A stretch of 64,000 nucleotides of DNA from Octopus bimaculoides (taxonomy: Eukaryota), in NCBI RefSeq assembly GCF_001194135.2, contig NC_068983.1, positions 115,589,418-115,653,417 on the forward strand, given 5' to 3'. Positions 1 to 10,194 of the stretch are shown here, piece by piece; within the stretch, counting starts at the first letter, position 1, and each line of letters begins with the position of its first letter. The notes below the pieces were generated by a model. The model ran no database searches, was not told the origin of the DNA, and saw only the letters and a program-made list of their open reading frames with translations. Made by a program: the position numbers and the translations under genes.

Positions 1-36
<36 letters not shown>

Positions 37-809
37 TTACTTCTACTTTATCTGGGAGTTTATCCATCTACATCTGAACTATTATGAGCTTTTCACATTC
101 TGGACTCTTCCTGACTTATTAGTTATGTATATTTGCATTTCTCTTCTATATGTTATATAAGTATAAATCTGTTGTTAACTAATTTGATTCCAGTTGACTG
201 CTTGTTTATGCCTTTATTTTATTTTGTTTGGTTTGGCAAAAATAGAAAGATAGAATAAATACCAGGCTTAAAAAAATAAAAATAAGTACCGGAATCAATT
301 CATTCAACTAGAAATTCTACAAGGTGATGCTCCAGAATGGCTGCAGTCTAATGACTGAAACAAGTAAAAAATGATATATATGTATGTACATATCTTTTAA
401 ATTTGTTTATGGTAGTGTTTTGAATATGCAATAAAGCTCCTATTCCATTATGCCAGCCACTGTCTAATGATGCTGACTAGTGAGCCAGTTTTTGGAGGTT
501 GCATCAAATTATACCAATATAATGTAGGATAAATATAATAATAATAACAGTAATCCTAGGATGACCTTCATTCTGGTAAAAAGAGAAAAACGTCCCTCTG
601 TGGTTCATCCACTAATGTTATATCGTCTGAAGAAATGAATCAATAATGATGATCAACTGGTTGCCTACAGATACTATGGACTACACTGTAATCATCCCAG
701 GAATATGGACTGTGATCTTAAAAGTCATGTGATTTGTGGAAACACATGCAGTAATGCATTAAATGTTTATAAATTCCATCCTAGGATTATTGTTATTATT
801 ATTATTATA

Positions 810-841
<32 letters not shown>

Positions 842-1453
842 CATACGTACACGGACTGTAGTATGTTAGTAACATATCAACAAAAACTAAGTATGTTTAA
901 TTATTTAGCTGTTTCTCTTTCAGTTTTATTCTGAATTGTTTTGATATGTTAGTAAACTGCAAACAATCTTGACTGAGGTGATTTTATGGGCACATTTATA
1001 AACTGTAATGAACATTTAATGTATTATCATTTTTATTAAAAAAACTGTAACAATATTATAGTGGTTTAAACTTTTCATGACACAGCAATTTATATTGACA
1101 ATAGATATAATTTATGCCACCCTGAATATTGTCACAAAAAATTCATTTATTTCTCATAATTTTTAGAATTGAAAATCTATAAAAAGAGTGCGCATTAATA
1201 TATGAATAAATATAGTATCTACAGGTTGGAAACAGATTTTTGAGTTGACATGCAAAGTAAACATTAAAGACATTAAAAGAGTATTTTGATTGTAACTCAT
1301 CTTTGCTTTTTGTATCTGTTGAGCACTCTGTTTGAAAACTGTAATTATAGTTTTATTAATGAAATAAAAACACATTTTTGTGAAGCTACTGTACCACATT
1401 AAAGAAATATTTAGTTTTCAACTTCAATTGTACTTGGGTTTTTTAATGTCCAG

Positions 1454-1633
1454 CTTCATCAGAATATAGTCCCAGTCGTCTTTCTGCTACTACAAATAAA
1501 CCAATGAAACAAACAGATTATTTACGTGTGGAACACCAGCTCCAAAACCATCTTCTCTCCAACCGTTTGATGCCTCATCTGACCAATATGTCAGATGCTC
1601 CTGAAGAAGTACTCATAAGCTCCCATGGGCCAG
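1454..1633 (+). CDS. ATG2: ATG2 internal exon (first seen in window)
   Basis: cag acceptor and gtaaat donor; SSEYSPSRLSATTNKPMKQTDYLRVEHQL resembles ATG2B RPMQQEDEYRIQMEL (recalled); phase joins the next exon. Confidence 0.85.
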
Positions 1634-2849
1634 GTAAATTTATTTTAATTAAAATTTCAGATATCAACAGCTGTTTAGTTAGACATTTTAATTGTTATTA
1701 TTATTATATATATCCCACCATGAAAATCTTTGTGAATGAAAATGACCTAAAAGATTATAGTTTGTGCTAGGTCAGGTGTTGTTCATTTATAGTAACTTGG
1801 TGGCATTTCTATACAAAATGAAAATAACAAACATTTTATTTACCTTCATATGATTTTCTAATTGGAAATGAGGTTTTAATGTTTACCTTTCTTAGGCACA
1901 CATTAAATCTTTTAAAGATTTTTCTTCCTATTTCTTTTACTATAATATCTCCATGAGAGAGAGTAGCCCCAATCAGCTCCACTTTTGCAACCCTACAACA
2001 TGAATATAGCTTGTAGAATACTTGAAATTCATATATGATTCCCTTATACTAGCAATGCTATGTTGGGTTTATGTTGCATGTTCTCCTGACATATTGTATT
2101 TTATAATGTTGGGTGGAATGTAGAAGCATGGGCATCTTTTATCTTATTAATACTCCATCCATTTTCATATGTTGAAAGGTTTTCATTGGGGTTTATTATG
2201 ATTTGCTTCATTGAAGATAGATCAATAGGATATTGTCGTGAGGAGAATTTAGCTTGTACTTTATATAATTGTAATCATATTTAGTTTCCATATTTGTTGG
2301 TATGATTAAATATTGTGGTAGTTGTATAAAATGGAATGTTCTTCTATACCCCTAGTGGAAGAGCTAACTTTTTTTTCCTTAGTGTTAACCTAAGCAGTTG
2401 GATGATTACTTAATGCAATTTAGTTTTGTGTCATACTGAGTTTGAATTCATAACTATTGAATAACCTTAGATTATTGCCTGATAGGACTTTCCCCTCATT
2501 CTGCTTCATGATTCCACTCAACACAAATTTTTAAATCCATACCAAAACAGACCTTACCAGTGCTGGTGCCATGTAAAAAGCACTCAGTCCATTCTGTAAG
2601 GTCATTGGTGTTAGGAAGGGCATCCAGCTGTATAAACCATGCCCAAACAGACAGTGAAGCCTGGTGCAGTCTTCTGGCTTGCCAACTCCTGTCAAACCGT
2701 CCAACCTATGCCAACATGAAAGACAGATGTTAAATGCTGATGATGATGATGATACATGAACACAGTTTGTATGTTTTAGTGTTATGTTGTGTTTGCTATT
2801 GCATGTTATTTTCATGATGCCAATTTATATTACATTTGATGTTTTTCAG

Positions 2850-2972
2850 ATGACTTTGTTTCTGGAGATGAAATGTATTATTCCTTGAAAGCAAGTAATA
2901 AAAGTGCCACAATTGGTTCTGACATGGAGTCTTCATTTAGTAGTAATACGAGTGAAAAGTCAACATCCACAG
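2850..2972 (+). CDS. ATG2: ATG2 exon
   Basis: ttttcag acceptor and gttaag donor; DDFVSGDEMYYSLKASNKSATIGSDMESSFSS; phase 1 to 1, consistent with its neighbours. Confidence 0.8.
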
Positions 2973-3414
2973 GTTAAGCCTATTCTTATTTTTCCATGCA
3001 TAGATAATTTATACAGGTAGTTTTTATAATTATCACTTAGGGATGAAATTCCATTACAATTTTTTTTCTATAATTTACAGTGATCTCTGATAACTAAATA
3101 TAATTTACAGAAGAAACAGTCAAATGTATTGATTGAGTTTAGACCTGGTATTTATTTCACTGCATCTCAAAGGATACAGATTAAATTTGATTGTTGTGAT
3201 TTGACTTTTCTGTTTAAATCATTTCCTTCTTTCTTATCACGACTTATAAATCCTCCTGATATATACAATATATATGACTTGTAGAAAAAGCTTGAATTAC
3301 ATTAAAATGCGGATATCAAGTTGATCCAGGTTGCCTCTATGTTGGCCCATGGCATGTTGGCAGAGTGTGGAGTACTGTTTTTTTGTCGTCATATTGTCTC
3401 AAATGTTCATTTAG

Positions 3415-4242
3415 TCATTCCGCAATGCTCCTTGATGTCTCCCCTATGTGTGTCATGTTCATGTCTTTAGAAGCACCTTCTATGCTTCTTTTGCTGTAAA
3501 CTACATTTCTAGTTCTATAATTAATGTCAGGGCTAATCCTACACATCATGCAGTTATCATTGGTGCGTATGGTATTCTCAAAGGGGTACATTCTACAAAG
3601 TTGTGATCTGACAGAGTTCCCTGGCTTTTCAACAATCTTAATGTTGAGTTTAGTCTCCTTCAGAGCTTTCCAAAATCTATGGGCTAGTTCTCCATAGGCT
3701 GTGGCCTCTACAAACATCACTCCTTGATATTTGTCAGTTTTATACCACGTTTTCACCCTGTTTGCTTTGTCACAAGTTCTTTGTATCCTATTCCAGTCTT
3801 TGTTTCTACATCTAGGGCAGATACCACTGGTATCATTACATATAATGTTCTCTAACTTCTTTCTAGCACCCCTGTATACTCGAACCCTATCTTTCTGATC
3901 ATATCCAGAGAATTGCATGCGGTGCATGAAGTTCTGTACATGTTTCTTCGTTTCATAAGGTTCGCATAGTGGGGACACGTTGTTCATTATCCTAACTAAG
4001 TCTGCTATCAGTATGTTAATTTTCATGTTGTGTAACAAAGCTGTGTTCTTGTGAACAACATATTTAGAAGCTATGAGTTTCATGTAATAGGAGTGGAGGA
4101 GCTGCACTCTGTTGTTCACAGTCTCTAACCAAAGTTCAGTATCAAGTACAGGGAGTCTATTGTTGGGGTGCTTAGTGGGGTAATCTATAGTTACCTTGAT
4201 ACTTTGGTGGATGGAGTTAGCTGCTTGCTGGATGCTCTCCAT
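3415..4242 (-). mobile_element. Penelope-like element remnant (RT thumb, Cys linker, start of GIY-YIG endonuclease)
   Basis: RLPVLD RT motif, NCMMC linker, RNVVY...HIGETSRS GIY-YIG-like motif. Confidence 0.75.
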
Positions 4243-4583
4243 TATGCTTCTCTCAGTTTCTACATTACCATTACTAGAGTTGGTCTTAACTATGATATTA
4301 ATGTCATCTGCATACCTACTGTAGAGTAGAAGAGTTGTGACTGTTCTTCTAAGGATTGCTTAAGTTTTATATTATATATTTCTTCTTTCTGGGATTTTAT
4401 TCTGAATATTTATAGTTGTATTATATATGAAAGAAATATAATTTCTTTGTATGTTATTTCTGCTTTTGCTTATCTGGTTTGTTTATTGTTAATTATAATA
4501 TTTATCTCAAAGTAATTCAAATACAGTTATAATTTATTTGACCAACCAGTTTATAATTTCACCATTATCATCTAAGCTTTTAA

Positions 4584-4803
4584 TCCTTTAGCATTCAAAT
4601 TATTCTATCAAATGTAATGGCTATTTATACGCATTGTTTTAAATTGATCATGCATTGTCTCATAGCTCCAAGATTTCGATAATCTAATTGTTTATTTTAA
4701 GAATGACATTGTAGGGTAGATATGAGAGACCAGATCTGGTTGGTTTGAACATTAAGAAGTTAAAATATTTGGGCTGGATATGGCCAGTTTAAATGCTAAA
4801 AGG
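4584..4803 (-). mobile_element. piggyBac-type MITE (~220 bp family)
   Basis: Ends resemble ccctttagcatt...aatgctaaaggg with TTAA on both sides; reverse orientation to the 6422 copy. Confidence 0.7.
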
Positions 4804-5226
4804 TTAATGTTCTTTTTGCCCAATCAGACATGATCTGAATGTATCTGCCATGACATCATAGGGCCACTCATTTCAGTTTTTTGTCTTTGCATGAGTGAAG
4901 CCCAGCTTCCTGTGATTTCATCTCATTGCTTTGTCACATGCCTTTCTTAGTATTCTTCTCTGCTGCAGCTGCCTTACACTCACATCACACAGCACTCATT
5001 GTTTATTCACATCACATATCTCTACCATTGCTGTCATCTCACATTATACAACAGCTAACACCTTTAATGCCCATCTACTCTCTCAACTCACAAGTACTCT
5101 GCCTCCTATGAAGGTGAACAATGTACATTGAATGGATTATGTTTGCGTCCTTTTTCTCCAGTTCTGATATCCTTCACAATATTTCATTACTACCCTGAAG
5201 CATCAGGCTTGTACATTCTTCTAAAA

Positions 5227-5270
5227 GACCACTGATGAAGTCACAGAAGTGTGATGAAAGAACTCTGGCT
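5227..5270 (+). ncRNA. Degenerate minimal hammerhead-like motif
   Basis: gacca-CUGAUGA-a-gucac/gugau-GAAA-g-aa-c-UC-uggcu. Confidence 0.5.
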
Positions 5271-5410
5271 GCAATAGGATTAATGTAATGTAATGTAATA
5301 TAAAGCTGAAGCAAATTAACACTAAATATATAGTGTGTGTGTTTTTATTGGCTAAACTGGCAACATGACCATTCCCAAATCCAACAACAGGATTATATTT
5401 TGTTTTATAG

Positions 5411-5464
5411 TTTCTAATGCAAGCACTGGAAGACCTCGGTCAGGTTACAATCAAAATATAAAAG
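5411..5464 (+). CDS. ATG2: ATG2 short exon
   Basis: ttttatag acceptor and gtaagt donor; VSNASTGRPRSGYNQNIK; 54 nt keeps the frame. Confidence 0.75.
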
Positions 5465-6091
5465 GTAAGTTTTTTTTTATATTTTTGATTTCTCTAACAG
5501 TCATTTGTATGGATTTTCATTCAGTTGGTAGCATGGGAAGGCTAATTTTTCTATTCTAAAACCAGATATCTTCCATAATCCCTCAACTATGAGATTATTA
5601 AGAATCCTGAGCAGGTTGTGAGACAAATAGAATTATATTAAAATTGTAATTTTTCATCTTTCAGTATTTACACCTACACTTCTTCAGTTTTGATTGGTTT
5701 GATGAAGAGCTAGGTCATTGTTATTGTTGTTCCCCTCTGTTATGGACCAATGATCTATAGTAAACAGGTGGGAGCTGAGAACTATCTCTGAAGGACACCT
5801 ACCTGCTTGCTAAATTCCTCACCAAACTCATTGTTGCTAATGTTCTCTTTGCTCATGGCACTCCTGCACACATGGGTTTCATGGCTCTCATAAGCCTGTC
5901 ATCTAATTTCCTTAATCACCAGACTACAAAGTGAGGTACTCTTTCAAAGATTTTCTTCAAATCAACAAATTTTGGATATAGTGGCCTGTTGTTAATAAGA
6001 AGTTTTCCTGTAGTTGTGTTGATTTTCTTTAACAACTTCTGTATCAGAAAATTCAAAAAATTTTTTAATGAATTTTTTTTATTTTTGTCAG

Positions 6092-6350
6092 ATCCAACAC
6101 AAAAGCTTCTGGATGATCCTTCTGTAGAACTGTCCAAGTTCCGTATCAAGTTGAGCTCTTTAACCATGACAATTTTACATGAAAATCCAGCTGTTAGCCC
6201 TGGAGCCACCAACGAACCATTTGATAAATTTACAAGTCTATCAACTAACTTCTTTAGCAAAATTCGGACAGTTCTTGGAGACACATTTCACAATAATATG
6301 AAAGATATCCGCAGTAAAATCTCTATTGCTTGTCCATATGATCACCTGGG
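6092..6350 (+). CDS. ATG2: ATG2 exon
   Basis: DPTQKLL...KLSSLTMTILHENP...IACPYDHL resembles ATG2B LSSLSISVLHIDP...ACSHDHL (recalled); canonical splice sites. Confidence 0.9.
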
Positions 6351-6421
6351 GTATGTCAATTCACTGTCTATCTCATATAATTTCAGTTCCTCTTGTATAA
6401 ATATAATTAGGCTCTAATTAA

Positions 6422-6639
6422 CCCTTCAGCATTTAAACCAGCCATATCTGGTGCAAATATTCTATTTGTTTTATGTTCAAACTGGCCAGATGTAACCTCT
6501 CATACTTACCTACAATGTCATTCTCAATATAAATAGCTACATCATCAAAATCTTGAGGCTATGAATAATGCATGATAAATTCAAAATGATGCAAATACGT
6601 AAGCATTACATTTGACTGAATAATGTGAATGCTAAAGGG
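6422..6639 (+). mobile_element. piggyBac-type MITE
   Basis: ttaa|cccttcagcatt...aatgctaaaggg|ttat; same interior as the other copies. Confidence 0.72.
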
Positions 6640-6985
6640 TTATTGAGCTATTTTGACATATAATGCTTGAAGTGTTAAATGTATACTTGAGGTAAAACAG
6701 TGTTTATTGCTGTTCTTCTTTAACTGTGAAAACACAAATAATGAAACATTTTTTAAAACATGTAATGTGTGAGATAAGTTACTATTACTGCTTTCAGTTA
6801 TTGGATTGGTCATCCTGGGACAACACATTTGAAAATTTTTGACTTTTTAAATGATCATATTGACCCCAATATTACTTATTTCAGTCTGGCAGTTGTTTTA
6901 TAGAGCTCTATGTACTGAACTGTTAAGTTACAGAACACAACATAAACAACATCCTTGTTTTCTTTTAAACAAGTGGGAACGCACA

Positions 6986-7025
<40 letters not shown>

Positions 7026-7715
7026 TATACAGCCAGCCCTTTTAAGCAAGTATGACTTGGTAAAATGGACCATGCTTTCTCTAACTGTTTTAGGTACCCA
7101 TATAGTTATGGGCAAATGTAAACACCTTGGCCCCCTCACTCTTTACCCCATAGAACATGTAGGATATAACAGCTGAAGAAAGAGAGGGCTGCAGTAGCAC
7201 CCTCTTTTCAGTTGATCAGACTGAAGTAACAGGAAATGAACTGTCTTGCTTAAGGACACAACATGCTACCCAGTTCTGGAATTGAACCCATGACCTTATA
7301 GTAAGCTGAAAACCCCAACCACTGCACACGAGCACACAAGCACACGAGCACGCTTGCAGACGCACACACACACACACACAGATGAAATAGAAATAGTAGT
7401 GGCCATTAAGAAAAATAAACAATAAAATTCCTACAGCTGTTAACTTCATTGAGTTAAATATTTTATTGACACAAATCTTTTAGCTTGATTGAATAATATA
7501 ACTATCAATAAATTCAACATAGAACCACAGCAGAGTCATCACATTCCAATGACTGAAACCAGTAAATAAAAGTGTACTAAGGTTTTTGTCTAGCAATAAA
7601 ATCACATTCAAATAAATATAATTAAATGATTTAGAATAGTTTTAAAAAGAAGTGTTTAAAAATATACTTTGTGAATGCTTTTGAATAAAAATTACCTTTT
7701 TTCTTCCATCCTTAG

Positions 7716-7902
7716 TTTGATATGTCGATCTATAGTCCTTGACTCTAGTCAGAAGTCATCAAGTAACCACCACAGCATGGCTTTAGACTGTTCCATTGTA
7801 TTGATGGATGTTGTGGAATGTTTGTTTGATCGAGGGAATAGTACAGCTTCTTTGCACGGCTTTACTTTACCTATTGATCACAAATTACCTGAATATTGTG
7901 AG
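7716..7902 (+). CDS. ATG2: ATG2 exon (precedes the ~29.8 kb intron)
   Basis: LICRSIVLD...MDVVECLFD...PEYCE resembles ATG2B MEFLECLFP...PHYTE; gtaaga donor, phase 0. Confidence 0.9.
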
Positions 7903-8971
7903 GTAAGACTTGACATCTTTTGCTTAGCATTTCTAAGATAATTCATGTTTCATCACAGGAAGTTTACCTAAAAGTTTTCTCGTGTATCAGGCATCAAAAT
8001 ATTAAAGGACACTTGTAAAGCAACATCTTTATGATATTGAGATGGCTATCACATTAGAGCATGGATCTAAAAGTCAAATATCTGGACCTTGCTATCACCA
8101 CTGTATTCAACCTTTGGCAAAGACGCAATATCTAGAATGTCTCAGCACATTAGACCATCAGCAGTTTCTTTTGTATTTCAGTTGACCAATTGAAAATAGA
8201 AATATACATCATCATCATCATCGTCGTTTAACGTCCGCTTTCCATGCTAGCATGGGTTGGACGATTTGGCTGAGGACTGGTAGACCAGGAGGCGACACCA
8301 GGCTCCAATTTATGTATACTGTCTATATTAGTCTTACTGGTGTCCTCATCTTGATTATTACTTTCACTATGTTTCAGCTGTTGTACACTCCAGCCTTTTT
8401 TAATGTCTTGTGTTACACTCAGTAGTATCAGAATTTCAAACCTAACCCATTATTTGATCTACAGGGCTACATCATCATCATCATCATCATCATCACCATT
8501 TAATGCCCACTCTCCATGCTGGCATGGGTTAAATGGTTTGACTGGATCTGATAAGCCAGAGAGTTGCACCAGGTTCCAGTCTGATTTGGCATGGTTTCTA
8601 TGGCTGGATGCCCTTCTTAATGCCAACCACTCCGGGAGTGTAAATGGCACCCGTAGTCATGGTCATTGCCAATGTCATGTAATTGGCACCTGTGCTGGTG
8701 GCATGTAAAAGCACCAACTTTACCTTTCATCCTACAGTGCATGGGTGCTATTTACACTGTTCTCATTCTGCTATCTGCATTTTGTGACATATTTAGCTTC
8801 AGTTAACTTATGTGAATTACCTTAGTGTTTTGCGTGGGATTGAATTGAGAACCTTTAGATGACCACACTACATTAACCAATGTCTTTATCTACTCTGCAG
8901 TGCATTCACCTTGGGTTTTCTGAGTTTAATCCCAAGCAAGACACTTAGGTAATTCACATAATACAACTGAA

Positions 8972-9019
8972 GCAGTTCCAATCATTTGAAATTATGCAGT
9001 TCCAATCATTTGAAATTAT
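8972..9019. repeat. Perfect 24-bp tandem duplication
   Basis: gcagttccaatcatttgaaattat twice. Confidence 0.9.
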
Positions 9020-10194
9020 AAACAGTTCATAACTACGACTGGCATTCAGTATTACTTAAAATGGAAGCAGAGAAAAACAAAACACAACAAAGTCTATATT
9101 TTTCAATATATTTCTCCTTTTTATTCATTCATTAACATAAATATGCTTTAAAACATTTGTTTTAATTGTTAGTCTTTATTATCAATTTTTCTGTGTTTAT
9201 TTTCTCTTTTTTTGTTTTCATAAAATAATTTAGTAAATATAATTGAAAATAGTTTCTTTTTATATTTTATATTTCTTTAATTCCAGCAAATTCTACATTA
9301 TGAACTGTAATTTATTAAACAATTTATTTACATGAAGGGTAAAATCTGGAACCTAAGGAAATGGGTGATGTTTTATGTTGGCAAGTATTAGTCAATGAGA
9401 AAGTTCCTCAAGAATTCAGCATGTTCAATTGTCCTTTTTTTGAAGTGATTTTAAGAAGATTAGGGCAATGCTGTGACTTTGGTTACATGCTTGTAAATGA
9501 AGAAGTGTGCAAACCTGATTATGTGGTTAAGAAGCTCTCTCCAAAATCACATGGTTATGGGTTCTGTCCCAATGTGTGACTCGTGCGAAAATATCTTGTG
9601 TCGTAGTCTCCAGTAGCAAAATATCTTCTGTCATAGTCTTTAGTTAGTAGATTTCAGTAGACCGATATTATGCAGAAGTTCATCTTGTGTGCTTGTATGT
9701 ATGTAGATATATCTGTGTGTGTTTATATATTTTAGTGATAGGATGTAAACATCAGCAAGAAAACAAAAAATGCTGCTCTCTGGATAAGTCCCTTGTTGAT
9801 ATTCTGGACTGAATTATACATAGTTCCTTGTCACCAGTGAGAGTGACAAAGACATATCTGTGCTATTTACATGCAGTAAGCCAGAGATTGTCTCCATTGG
9901 AAACCTGGGCCAACAGTCCTATTATTCATTATGGTATGAAATAAATTGCAAATTAGTTAGTGAATAAGGAGAGCAGTAGCGTGAAACGTTCACCTTCCAC
10001 AGCAATCGAACTTAGTAAACTGTTATTAGAAGCTCTCCTGTCGATACAAAGCAATTCAACATTTTATGATTTTATATTCTACCATTAATGGTAGAATATT
10101 TCCAATTGATATAAAATATATTTCACAATTGAGTTGTCTTTTGCAATAGCAAAATTTCTATGAGAAAAAAAAAACATTGTACAGAATTCTATAT

